From: an uncultured Actinomycetes bacterium
GTDB taxonomy: Bacteria; Actinomycetota; Actinomycetes; S36-B12; CAIYMF01
NCBI GenBank assembly: GCA_963843975.1
Contig: CAWJMG010000001.1
Location: 1,260,001 to 1,292,000 of the forward strand
DNA: 32,000 bases
Direction of reading: 5' to 3'
Part shown: positions 14,771-23,479 of the stretch, one piece after another
Position numbering within the stretch: position 1 is the first letter of the stretch
Layout: each line of letters begins with the position of its first letter
The notes under the pieces: generated by a model
Seen by the model: only the letters and a program-made list of their open reading frames with translations
Database searches by the model: none
What the model was told of the DNA's origin: nothing
Program-made: the position numbers and the translations under genes

Positions 14771-14857
14771 TGGTGCGCGAGGGGGGAGTTGAACCCCCAC
14801 ACCCTTTCGGGTACACGGACCTGAACCGTGCGCGTCTGCCTATTCCGCCACTCGCGC
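14771..14857 (-). tRNA. tRNA-Leu (anticodon CAG), class II with long variable arm, CCA encoded
   Basis: The reverse complement folds as a cloverleaf: acceptor GCGCGAG/CTCGCGC, anticodon stem CACGG/CCGTG with loop TTCAGGT, long variable arm, T arm GGGGG-TTCAACT-CCCCC, then A-CCA. A tRNA-Leu next to fhaA is conserved synteny in actinobacteria (leuT next to Rv0020c in M. tuberculosis). Confidence 0.95.
14773..14794. repeat. attR: 22-bp direct repeat within the tRNA-Leu 3' end
   Basis: Identical to 652-673. Confidence 0.75.
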
Positions 14858-15046
14858 GTGCGGGGAGAAGGCTAACACGCAGGTCGGAGCCGTTACGAAC
14901 CGCCGAATCGGGTCACGGAACGGCCGACCCGGGGCCGTGAAGGAACGGTCTGCACCGTCCCGACAGTTACGATCATGGGACGGCGGTGAACGCCCGGGGC
15001 GGGGCATCCGTCGACCGGCGACCGCCTCGGCACTGAGGGAGGCGCG

Positions 15047-15754
15047 GTGGGTCTGCTCGACCGCTTCGAGCAGCGGCTCGACCGCATGGTCAACGGTGCC
15101 TTCGCGCGCGCCTTCAAGGCCGAGGTGCAGCCCGTCGAGATCGCCTCGGCGCTCACCCGCGAGATGGACGACCGGGCAGCCGTGGTCAGCCGCGGCCGCA
15201 CCGTGGTGCCCAACGTCTTCGTCGTCGACCTCAGCCCGCACGACCACGACCGCCTCAGCGTGTACGCCGGCACCCTCACAGAGGAGCTGGGCACGATGGT
15301 GCGCGAGCACGCGGAGGAGCAGCGCTACACGTTCCTCGGCGGCACCGAGATCACCCTGGCCCGCGACGACAGCCTCGAGACCGGCCTGTTCCGCGTGCAC
15401 AGCGAGGCCAAGGCGGGCATCGCGAGCAACCCCGTCGCGCCGCGTACGCCGTCCACGCCCTCGCGTCCGCAGACCGACGCCGGCCAGCCGCGCCTCGTGT
15501 CCGACGACGCCCAGCACGTCCTCACGCGTGCCGTCACGCGCATCGGCCGCGGCAGCGACGTCGAGATCCGCGTCGACGACCCCGGCGTCTCGCGCCACCA
15601 CGCCGAGATCCTGCTCGGCCGCGAGGTCGTGCTGCGCGACCTCGGGTCGACCAACGGCACGTACGTCGACGGCGTCCAGGTCGGTGAGGTGGTGCTGACC
15701 GACGGCGCCACCGTCCAGCTCGGAGGCACGCGGCTGACGTTCCGGGCGGGCTGA
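15047..15754 (+). CDS. fhaA: FhaA: DUF3662 + FHA domain protein
   Basis: N-terminus MGLLDRFEQRLDRMVNGAFARAF (DUF3662). C-terminal FHA domain (RIGRGSDVEIRVDDPGVSRHHAEI...LGSTNGTYVDG). SD GGGAGG precedes the GTG start. Confidence 0.9.
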   Translation: MGLLDRFEQRLDRMVNGAFARAFKAEVQPVEIASALTREMDDRAAVVSRGRTVVPNVFVVDLSPHDHDRLSVYAGTLTEELGTMVREHAEEQRYTFLGGTEITLARDDSLETGLFRVHSEAKAGIASNPVAPRTPSTPSRPQTDAGQPRLVSDDAQHVLTRAVTRIGRGSDVEIRVDDPGVSRHHAEILLGREVVLRDLGSTNGTYVDGVQVGEVVLTDGATVQLGGTRLTFRAG

Positions 15755-15758
15755 GCCC

Positions 15759-16256
15759 GTGTCGGAGCTGCTCCTCACCCTGCTGCGCCTCGGATTCCTG
15801 GCGCTCATCTGGCTGCTGGTGATCATCGCGATCGTCGTGCTCCGCCGCGACCTCCGCTCGCCGCGTGACGCCCGCCTGCTCGTCCCGGCCAAGGCCCCGC
15901 ACCCGACCGGCGGCCAGGCGCCCCGCGCGCCCAAGGAGCCGAAGCAGGCCAAGGCCACCAAGGGCGGCGCGCGCAGCCTCGTCGTGGTCGAGGGTCCGCT
16001 CACCGGCACCGTCATCCCGCTCGGCGCCGCCGACGTCACGATCGGCCGCGCGCCCGACTCGACCCTCGTGCTCGACGACGACTACGCGAGCAACAACCAC
16101 GCGTCCATCACGCTCAAGGGCAGCACGTGGGTCGTCACCGACCTCGGATCGACCAACGGCACCTGGGTCGACCGGGCGCGCATCACGAGCCCCACCCCGC
16201 TCTCGACCGGCCACCAGCTCAAGGTCGGCCGCACCGTCCTCGAGCTGCGGAAGTGA
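15759..16256 (+). CDS. fhaB: FhaB/FipA: membrane-anchored FHA domain protein
   Basis: N-terminal TM helix and C-terminal FHA domain (TIGRAPDSTLVLDDDYASNNHASI...LGSTNGTWVD). It follows fhaA after 4 nt. Confidence 0.9.
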   Translation: MSELLLTLLRLGFLALIWLLVIIAIVVLRRDLRSPRDARLLVPAKAPHPTGGQAPRAPKEPKQAKATKGGARSLVVVEGPLTGTVIPLGAADVTIGRAPDSTLVLDDDYASNNHASITLKGSTWVVTDLGSTNGTWVDRARITSPTPLSTGHQLKVGRTVLELRK

Positions 16257-16260
16257 CGTC

Positions 16261-17646
16261 ATGGCACTGATGCTCCGCTCGGCCGCGCGCTCCGACGTCG
16301 GTCTCGTGCGCTCAGGCAACGAGGACTCCGGCTACGCCGGCGACCAGCTGCTCGTCGTCGCCGACGGCATGGGCGGCCACGCCGCCGGCGAGCTCGCCTC
16401 GGCCGCGGCCATCGCCACGATGTCCGAGGTCGAGCCTGCAGGGCTCGGCGACGTCGAGGCCCTCGAGCGCCTGTCCGAGGCGGTCGTCGCCACCAGCGAG
16501 CGCATCGCCGACGTCGTGTCGGCCAACCCCGAGCTCGCGGGCATGGGCACCACGCTCACCGCACTGGCCTGGCTCGGCGGCGATCCGCCGCGCGTCGCCG
16601 TCCTGCACGTGGGCGACTCCCGCGCCTACCTGCTGCGCGACAGCGAGATGCGCCAGGTCACCCGCGACCACACCTACGTGCAGACGCTGATCGACTCCGG
16701 CCGCATCACCGCGGAGGAGGCCACGCGGCACCCGCGCCGCAACCTCCTCATGCGCGCGATCGACGGCGTGCACCCGGCGGAGCCCGACGTCTCCGTGCGC
16801 GAGGCACGCGCCGGCGACCGCTACCTCGTGTGCAGCGACGGCCTGTGCGGCTACGTCTCCGACCCCGACATCGCGCGCCTGCTCGCGCTCGCCGACCCCA
16901 CCGCCGCCGTCACCGCGCTGGTCGACGCGGCGCTCGAGGCCGGTGCGCCCGACAACGTCACGTGCGTCGTGGCCGACGTCGTCCCCATCGAGGAGGGCGC
17001 CGGCGGCGAGCACGAGGCACCGGTCGTGGTGGGCGCCGCGGGCGAGCCGCGCAACCGCGAGCGCCTGCCCGAGCTCACGTTCCCCGCGGACGCCCAGATC
17101 GACACCCGCCCGGCCACCGTCGTGCGCGTCTCGACGCAGAGCTCGACGGGCGAGGCAGGCGTGGCACCGATCGGGCGCGTCTACCACGAGGAGCAGGCAG
17201 CCTCGCGGCACGGCCTCAGCCGCCGCTGGATCTGGGCGGTCGCGGCCGGCGTCGCCGTGGTCGCCGTCCTCGTGGGCCTGCTCGCGATCACCATGACCTG
17301 GGCCCGCGGCCAGTGGTACGTCGGCAGCGACAGCGGCTACGTCGCCATCTACAACGGCGTCCCCGGGTCGATCGGGCCGATCAGCCTGTCGACGGTGGAG
17401 GAGCGGTCCGAGATCACGATGGACTCGCTGCCCGACTTCGAGGCCATGCAGGTCGAGGGCACGATCGCCACCGACAGCCTCGCCAACGCGCAGCAGATCG
17501 TGCAGCGCCTGCGCGAGCGGGCCGCCCAGTGCCAGGCCGCGCCCACCACGCCCGGCTGCCCCGGCGCCCCGACCGACTCCGACACGGGTACGCCGTCGGC
17601 CTCGGCATCGCCGTCCGCGTCGCCCAGCGCCTCGGGCAGCCCGTGA
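16261..17646 (+). CDS. pstP: PP2C-family Ser/Thr phosphatase PstP
   Basis: True start is ATG 16261 (MALMLRSAARSDVGLVRSGNEDSGY). The upstream part of ORF 15865..17646 overlaps fhaB. Motifs ADGMGGHAAGE and CSDGL, then a TM segment and an extracytoplasmic tail. Confidence 0.9.
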   Translation: MALMLRSAARSDVGLVRSGNEDSGYAGDQLLVVADGMGGHAAGELASAAAIATMSEVEPAGLGDVEALERLSEAVVATSERIADVVSANPELAGMGTTLTALAWLGGDPPRVAVLHVGDSRAYLLRDSEMRQVTRDHTYVQTLIDSGRITAEEATRHPRRNLLMRAIDGVHPAEPDVSVREARAGDRYLVCSDGLCGYVSDPDIARLLALADPTAAVTALVDAALEAGAPDNVTCVVADVVPIEEGAGGEHEAPVVVGAAGEPRNRERLPELTFPADAQIDTRPATVVRVSTQSSTGEAGVAPIGRVYHEEQAASRHGLSRRWIWAVAAGVAVVAVLVGLLAITMTWARGQWYVGSDSGYVAIYNGVPGSIGPISLSTVEERSEITMDSLPDFEAMQVEGTIATDSLANAQQIVQRLRERAAQCQAAPTTPGCPGAPTDSDTGTPSASASPSASPSASGSP

Positions 17647-19052
17647 CCACGCCGGCTGCGGCCCCGGCCGTGCCCCGCTACCGCCAGCCCGACCGGCGGT
17701 GGGCAGAGCTCGGCCTGCTCGTGGGCGCGTTCGCGATCGGGGCGGCGGCGTACATCCAGGTCGACCTCGCGGTGCTCGGGAAGATCGCCGACGACACGAT
17801 CCCCGTGCTGCTCACGGTCGTCACGCTCGTGCTCGTGGCGCACGGCGTCGTGCGCGTCGTCGCGCGCTACGCCGACCCGATGCTCGTGCCCGCAGTCGTC
17901 ACGCTGAACATGCTCGGCCTGGCGATGATCCACCGGCTCGACCTGGCCGACGCGCAGCGGGCGCAGCGCAACGGCAGCGAGATCCCGAGCCCCGACGTCT
18001 ACAGCCAGCTCACCTGGACCGGCCTCGGCATCGTGCTGTTCGTCGCTGTGCTCATCGTCGTGCGCGACCACCGCAAGCTGCAGCGCTACACCTACACCGC
18101 GATGTTCGCCGGTCTCGTTCTCCTGCTGCTGCCGCTCGCGCCGTTCGTCGGCGCCACCATCAACGGCGCAACGCTCTGGATCCGCCTCGGCAACCTCTCG
18201 TTCCAGCCTGGCGAGCTCGCCAAGATCATGCTGACGATCTTCTTCGCGGGCTACCTCACCGTCACCCGCGACTCGCTCGCGCTCGTGCGCACGAAGGTGC
18301 TCGGCCTCGAGTTCCCCCGCGGCCGCGACCTCGGGCCGTTGCTCGTGGCCTGGCTCGTCTCGCTGGCGGTGCTCGTGTTCCAGCGCGACCTGGGCACGTC
18401 GCTGGTGTTCTTCGGCCTGTTCGTCACGATGCTCTACGTCGCTACGCAACGCCGCAGCTGGCTCGTGCTCGGCTTCGTCCTGTTCGTCACGGGTGCGACG
18501 TTCGCGTTCCTCGCGTTCGGCCACGTGCGCCAGCGCGTCGACGTCTGGCTCGACCCGTTCGGCGACGAGGGCGACACCAGCTACCAGATCGCGCAGTCGC
18601 TCTACAGCTTCGCCAGCGGCGGCATGTTCGGGTCCGGCCTCGGGCAGGGCTACCCGCAGCTCGTGCCGTACGCCAAGAGCGACTTCATCATGGCCGCGTT
18701 CGGCGAGGAGATCGGCCTCATCGGCGTCGCCGCGATGCTCGTGCTCTACGCGATCATCGTCGAGCGCGGCCTGCGCACCTCGATCGCCTGCCGCGACATC
18801 TTCGGCACGCTGCTCGCGTTCGGCCTCTCGATCGTTCTGGCGCTGCAGGTCTTCGTCGTCATCGGCGGCGTCACGCGGCTCATCCCGCTCACCGGCCTCA
18901 CCACGCCGTTCCTCTCCCAGGGTGGCTCCTCGCTCGTGGCCAACTGGATAGCCATCGGTCTGCTCATGCGCATTAGCGACGCCGCCCGCAGGCCCGACAC
19001 CGACAGCGGCGTCGCCCTCGAGGACGCACCCACTCAGGCGGTGCGCCTGTGA
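17643..19052 (+). CDS. rodA: SEDS-family peptidoglycan polymerase RodA/FtsW
   Basis: The GTG start overlaps the pstP stop (GTGA). Polytopic membrane protein with PGELAKI, SYQIAQSLYSFASGGMFGSGLGQG, AKSDFIMAAFGEEIGLIG and TGLTTPFLSQGGSS. Confidence 0.9.
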   Translation: MTTPAAAPAVPRYRQPDRRWAELGLLVGAFAIGAAAYIQVDLAVLGKIADDTIPVLLTVVTLVLVAHGVVRVVARYADPMLVPAVVTLNMLGLAMIHRLDLADAQRAQRNGSEIPSPDVYSQLTWTGLGIVLFVAVLIVVRDHRKLQRYTYTAMFAGLVLLLLPLAPFVGATINGATLWIRLGNLSFQPGELAKIMLTIFFAGYLTVTRDSLALVRTKVLGLEFPRGRDLGPLLVAWLVSLAVLVFQRDLGTSLVFFGLFVTMLYVATQRRSWLVLGFVLFVTGATFAFLAFGHVRQRVDVWLDPFGDEGDTSYQIAQSLYSFASGGMFGSGLGQGYPQLVPYAKSDFIMAAFGEEIGLIGVAAMLVLYAIIVERGLRTSIACRDIFGTLLAFGLSIVLALQVFVVIGGVTRLIPLTGLTTPFLSQGGSSLVANWIAIGLLMRISDAARRPDTDSGVALEDAPTQAVRL

Positions 19053-20500
19053 TCCGCTCTGTACGCCGCCTCGCCGCGATCGTGTCCGTGCTGCTGTTCG
19101 CGCTGCTCGCGAACCTCACCTACCTGCAGTACTTCGCGGCGTCCGAGATCCGCGCACGTCCGGCCAACAGCCGCACCCTGCTGGAGGAGTACTCCCGCGA
19201 GCGCGGCCCGATCCTGCTGGGCTCCACGGCGATCGCGTCCTCGATCCCCACCAAGGACCAGCTGAAGTTCCTGCGGCAGTACGCCCGCGGTCCGCTCTAC
19301 GCGCCGGCCACTGGCTTCTACTCGCTCGTGTACGGCGCCACCGGGATCGAGCGCGCCGAGAACCCCGTGCTGTCGGGCTCGGACGACCGCTTCTTCGTCG
19401 ACCGCGTGCAGCAGCTCTTCGCCGGCCGCGGTGTGAAGGGCGGCGCGGTCCGCCTCACGATCGACCCGCGCGCTCAGAAGGCGGCGTACGACGGCCTTGC
19501 CGGACGCACGGGCGCCGTCGTCGCGATCGACCCGCGCACGGGCGCGATCCTCGCGATGGCATCGTCGCCGTCGTTCGACCCGAACGTGCTGTCGAGCCAC
19601 GACCCGGCCAGCATCCGCAAGGCCTACGAGAAGTACGACTCCGACCCGGCCAAGCCGATGCTCAACCGCCCGCTCGTCATGACGCTGCCCCCGGGCTCGA
19701 CGTTCAAGCTCGTGACCGCCGCGGCGGCGCTCGAGAGCGGCCAGTACCAGCCCGACACCGAGGTGCCGGGCCCGGCGTCGCTCGACCTGCCGGACACGAG
19801 CAAGAACCTCAACAACTGGTCGGGCACCGCGTGCGGCCCGGGCGGCGTCACGACGCTCGCCAACGCGCTCGCCGTCTCGTGCAACACCGCGTTCGCCTCG
19901 ATCGGCCTCGACCTCGGCGACGACGCGCTGCGCGCGCAGGCCGAGAAGTTCGGCTTCGGCACCGGTTTCGAGATCCCGCTGCGCGCGGCGACCAGCCGCT
20001 TCCCCGCCGACCCCGACGAGCCGCAGACGGCGATGAGCGCCATCGGCCAGTTCGACGTCTCGGCCACCGCGCTGCAGATGGCGATGGTGGGCGCGGGCAT
20101 CGCGAACAACGGCCAGGTCATGAGCCCCTACCTCGTGAGCGAGATCCTCAGCCCGGAGCTCGAGACGCTCGAGACCGCGGAGCCCACGGCGTTCTCGCAG
20201 GCGATGTCGCCGGCCAACGCCGCGCAGCTGCTCGCGATGATGGTCGGCGTCGTCGAGCAGGGCACCGGCTCGAACGCGCGGATCCCCGGCGTCGCCGTCG
20301 GCGGCAAGACCGGCACGGCGCAGACGGGCAACGACCAGAAGGCGCACGCGTGGTTCGTCGGCGTCGCGCCGGCCGTGCCCGGCGGCACCGAGATCGCGGT
20401 CGCGGTCGTGCTGCAGAACGGCGGCGGCGCGGCCGAGATCAGCGGCAACGCGCTCGCGGCGCCGATCGCCAAGGCCGTCATGGAGGCGGTGGTCGGATGA
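19049..20500 (+). CDS. pbpA: class B penicillin-binding protein PbpA (transpeptidase)
   Basis: The GTG start overlaps the rodA stop. N-terminal anchor; SxxK (GSTFK), SxN (SCN) and KTG (GKTGTAQ) motifs. Confidence 0.9.
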   Translation: MIRSVRRLAAIVSVLLFALLANLTYLQYFAASEIRARPANSRTLLEEYSRERGPILLGSTAIASSIPTKDQLKFLRQYARGPLYAPATGFYSLVYGATGIERAENPVLSGSDDRFFVDRVQQLFAGRGVKGGAVRLTIDPRAQKAAYDGLAGRTGAVVAIDPRTGAILAMASSPSFDPNVLSSHDPASIRKAYEKYDSDPAKPMLNRPLVMTLPPGSTFKLVTAAAALESGQYQPDTEVPGPASLDLPDTSKNLNNWSGTACGPGGVTTLANALAVSCNTAFASIGLDLGDDALRAQAEKFGFGTGFEIPLRAATSRFPADPDEPQTAMSAIGQFDVSATALQMAMVGAGIANNGQVMSPYLVSEILSPELETLETAEPTAFSQAMSPANAAQLLAMMVGVVEQGTGSNARIPGVAVGGKTGTAQTGNDQKAHAWFVGVAPAVPGGTEIAVAVVLQNGGGAAEISGNALAAPIAKAVMEAVVG

Positions 20501-20657
20501 CCGTCCTGAGGCGGGTCACGTCCCGGAACCCGGTGCGCGGGCACGGCGTCCGTGCATCAGAGGCAGGTCCGCCCTGCGGGGTGGCGCACGCCGCCCGCCC
20601 AGGGCTGTCAGACTCGGCACGACGGTCCACGGACCGCACCAGCCAGGAGGAGGAACG

Positions 20658-22403
20658 GTGAGCGAGGAGCTGCGCCGGCTCGGCGATCGGTACGAGATCG
20701 GCGAGGTGATCGGCCGCGGAGGCATGGCCGAGGTCCACGAGGGCCGGGACCTCCGGCTCGGGCGCCGGGTGGCCATCAAGATCCTGCGCCCCGACCTCGC
20801 GCGCGACCCGAGCTTCCAGGCCCGGTTCCGCCGCGAGGCCCAGAGCGCCGCATCGCTCAACCACCCCAACGTCGTCGCCGTGTACGACACGGGCGAGGAC
20901 GTCCTGGCCGACACCCCCGACTCCACCGGCGCCGTCGTCCCGTTCATCGTCATGGAGTACGTCGACGGCCAGACGCTGCGCCAGCTGATGAGCAGCGGCC
21001 GCCGCCTCCTGCCCGAGCGGGCGCTGGAGATCACCGGCGGCACGCTCGCCGCCCTCGACTACAGCCACCGCCACGGCATCGTGCACCGCGACATCAAGCC
21101 CGCCAACGTCATGCTGACGCGGGGCGGCGAGGTCAAGGTCATGGACTTCGGCATCGCGCGCGCCCTGGCCGACTCCGGCCAGACGATGACGCAGCAGTCG
21201 GCCGTCCTCGGCACCGCGCACTACCTGTCGCCCGAGCAGGCGCGCGGCGAGGTCGTCGACAGCCGCAGCGACCTGTACTCCACCGGCTGCCTGCTCTACG
21301 AGCTGCTCACCGGGCGCCCGCCGTTCACCGGTGAGTCGCCGGTCTCGATCGCGTACCAGCACGTGAGCGAGGCGCCGGTGCCGCCGTCGCAGTTCGACCC
21401 GTCGGTGACGCCGCAGATCGACACCATCGTGCTGCGGTCCCTGGCGAAGAACCCCGAGGACCGCTACCAGAGCGCCGCCGAGATGCGCTCCGACGTCGAG
21501 CGCGCGATCGCGGGCCTGCCCGTCACCGCGCCCGTCCCCGTCGTGTCGCAGGAGACCGCGGTGATGGCGCCGGTCGGCGCTGCCGCGGCGTACGCGGCCG
21601 AGGAGGAGAAGAAGAGCAACCGCAGTCCGGCGTTCTGGATCCTCCTGACGCTCGGCATCATCGCCGTCGGCGTGGCCACGGTGCTCGTCGGCAAGGCGAT
21701 CTTCGGCTCGCCCGCCGTCGAGAAGGTCGGAGTCCCCGACCTCGCCGGCCTCACGATCGCCGAGGCGCAGGCGTCGCTGGAGAAGAGCGGCCTCGTGCTC
21801 GGCACGCAGACGCCGCAGCCCAGCGCCGACAAGCCCAAGGACACGATCATCAGCCAGAACCCCGTCAAGGGCGGCCAGATCGACAAGGGCAGCGCGGTCG
21901 ACGTCGTCGTCTCCACCGGCAAGGACACCGCGATCGTGCCCACGCTCACGGGGCTGACGTCGGTCGACCAGGCCCGCGCCGCACTCGTGGATGTCGGGCT
22001 CACGCTCGGCAAGGTCGACCAGGTCGACTCCGACCAGCCGCAGGGCGTCGTCGTCGGTCAGAGCCCCGGCTCGCAGGAGACCGTCGATGCCGGCACGCCG
22101 GTCGACATCCAGGTCTCCAACGGCAAGGCCAAGGTGCCGGACGTCGTCGGGTCGAGCGAGGCCCAGGCACGCAGCGACCTCATCAACGCCGGCTTCGACA
22201 TCAACGTCGTGCAGCAGGAGACCTCGGCGCAGCCCGAGGGCACCGTGCTCGCACAGTCGCCCAAGGCCGGCACCAGCGCCGTCCGCGGCACCCTGGTGAC
22301 GATCACCGTCGCCAAGGCCCCGCCGCCCCCGTCGCCCACGCCGACCCCGGACCCGACGACTCCGACGCCGCCGGTCAGCCCGACCCCGGGCACGACCCCG
22401 TAG
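20658..22403 (+). CDS. pknB: Ser/Thr protein kinase PknB with extracellular PASTA repeats
   Basis: Strong SD GGAGGAGG. Kinase motifs [33 protein letters not shown] helix is followed by three PASTA-like repeats and a Pro/Thr-rich tail. Confidence 0.95.
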   Translation: MSEELRRLGDRYEIGEVIGRGGMAEVHEGRDLRLGRRVAIKILRPDLARDPSFQARFRREAQSAASLNHPNVVAVYDTGEDVLADTPDSTGAVVPFIVMEYVDGQTLRQLMSSGRRLLPERALEITGGTLAALDYSHRHGIVHRDIKPANVMLTRGGEVKVMDFGIARALADSGQTMTQQSAVLGTAHYLSPEQARGEVVDSRSDLYSTGCLLYELLTGRPPFTGESPVSIAYQHVSEAPVPPSQFDPSVTPQIDTIVLRSLAKNPEDRYQSAAEMRSDVERAIAGLPVTAPVPVVSQETAVMAPVGAAAAYAAEEEKKSNRSPAFWILLTLGIIAVGVATVLVGKAIFGSPAVEKVGVPDLAGLTIAEAQASLEKSGLVLGTQTPQPSADKPKDTIISQNPVKGGQIDKGSAVDVVVSTGKDTAIVPTLTGLTSVDQARAALVDVGLTLGKVDQVDSDQPQGVVVGQSPGSQETVDAGTPVDIQVSNGKAKVPDVVGSSEAQARSDLINAGFDINVVQQETSAQPEGTVLAQSPKAGTSAVRGTLVTITVAKAPPPPSPTPTPDPTTPTPPVSPTPGTTP

Positions 22404-22420
22404 GCGCACGGCACGAAGCA

Positions 22421-22454
22421 CGAAGGCCCGGAACCGCGAGGTTCCGGGCCTTCG
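22421..22454. terminator. bidirectional hairpin between convergent pknB and trpG
   Basis: CGAAGGCCCGGAACC-GCGA-GGTTCCGGGCCTTCG, a 15-bp perfect stem with a GCGA loop. Confidence 0.7.
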
Positions 22455-22534
22455 GCGCACACGTCCGGATTTGGTAGTGGAAGGGCGCGCTATACGCCGC
22501 TCTAGCACTACCGAATCGGGTGGTGGCTCGTTCC

Positions 22535-23159
22535 TCAGGCTCCGACGACGGGGGCCAATCCCGCGCTGCGCTCGACGGCGTCGGGCTGGCCGCAGCGCAC
22601 GAGCCAGTTGGCCAGCATGCGGTGGCCGCCCTCGGTCAGCACGCTCTCGGGGTGGAACTGCACGCCCTCGACGTCGAGGCTGCGGTGCCGGACGGCCATG
22701 ATGACGCCGCTGTCGGTCGACGCGGTCACCTCGAGCCTCGGGCGGCACGGTCGCGGGGTCGATCGCGAGCGAGTGGTAGCGCGTCGCGGTGAACGGGTCG
22801 GGCAGGCCGGCGAGCACGCCGTCGCCGTGGTGGTGCACCTGGCTCGTCTTGCCGTGCAGCAGCTCGGGGGCGCGCACGACGTCCGCGCCGTAGGCCTCGC
22901 CGATGGCCTGGTGACCGAGGCATACGCCGAAGATCGGGAGGACGCCGCCGAGCGTGCGGATCATCTCGATGCAGACGCCGGCGTCCGCGGGGGTGCCGGG
23001 GCCGGGCGAGAGCAGCACGCCGTCGTAGCCGCGCGCGTCGTCGGTGGTGACCTCGTCGTTGCGCCGTACGTCGACCTCGGCACCGAGCTGGGCGAGGTAC
23101 TGCACGATGTTGAACACGAACGAGTCGTAGTTGTCGACGACGAGGATGCGCGCGCTCAC
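22535..23159 (-). pseudogene. trpG: glutamine amidotransferase component II (anthranilate / aminodeoxychorismate synthase, TrpG/PabA); frame broken (+1) near 22733-22739
   Basis: The N-terminal part is buried in shadow ORF 20478..24113: VSARILVVDNYDSFVFN, LSPGPGTP, catalytic [11 protein letters not shown], ...[15 protein letters not shown]. The C-terminal part is ORF 22535..22729 ([15 protein letters not shown]...[22 protein letters not shown]). The junction PPE|LEVTA matches the usual ..P.ELEV.A.. of TrpG. Confidence 0.85.
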
Positions 23160-23229
23160 GTGCCCATCATCGCCCACGCGGGCGCGTGCAGCCGACCGGG
23201 TTCCGCGCTGGCGGCGTACGGCGACGGCG

Positions 23230-23424
23230 TCAGCGCAGCAGCGAGACGACGAAGGAGGTCGTCGAGCCCTCGTCGACGGTGACCTGGTTGAACGGCAGCC
23301 GCGGCTCGAGCCAGGGGAAGACCCACTGGAACAGGACGAGCACGACCGCGACGAGCAGCGCGAGCGCGAGCACCGTCTTGAGCGGCCAGGGGCCGGGCAG
23401 GTGCTTCCAGATCCAGCCGTACAA
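23230..23424 (-). CDS. small membrane protein (64 aa), conserved-looking neighbour of trpG
   Basis: TTG start. MYGWIWKHLPGPWPLKTVLALALLVAVVLVLFQWVFPWL contains one TM helix. Nearly all codons end in G/C. Confidence 0.65.
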   Translation of the reverse strand: MYGWIWKHLPGPWPLKTVLALALLVAVVLVLFQWVFPWLEPRLPFNQVTVDEGSTTSFVVSLLR

Positions 23425-23479
23425 CGGGGCCTCTGCTCGGGTCGGGTGCGGTCGGTCGGTCGGTCTGCGGTGCGGACGG

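Larger units (their letters stand above)
652..14794. mobile_element. integrated mobilizable element (IME-like genomic island) in tRNA-Leu(CAG)
   Basis: Flanked by the 22-bp direct repeat, one copy being the tRNA 3' end. Contains xis + tyrosine integrase and a MobF relaxase-helicase, but no coupling protein, T4SS or replication gene was recognised. Codon third-position G/C is visibly weaker and AT-rich intergenic patches occur, unlike the flanking core. Cargo genes are accessory-type. Confidence 0.75.

Noticed and set aside
14840-20347. Long minus-strand ORFs (14840..16039, 15534..16319, 16312..17211, 17349..18524, 19034..20347) and alternative + frames (16830..19052 upstream part, 17699..18976, 19831..20661)
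   Set aside because: They are shadows of fhaA-fhaB-pstP-rodA-pbpA. They have no motifs and a biased R/A/G/D composition, while the + strand genes have unambiguous family signatures.
22455-22534. AT-richer stretch with GGTAGTG...CACTACC inverted repeat downstream of trpG
   Set aside because: It is probably just a second terminator-like hairpin for trpG (9/11 arms, 25-nt loop). Nothing further could be supported.
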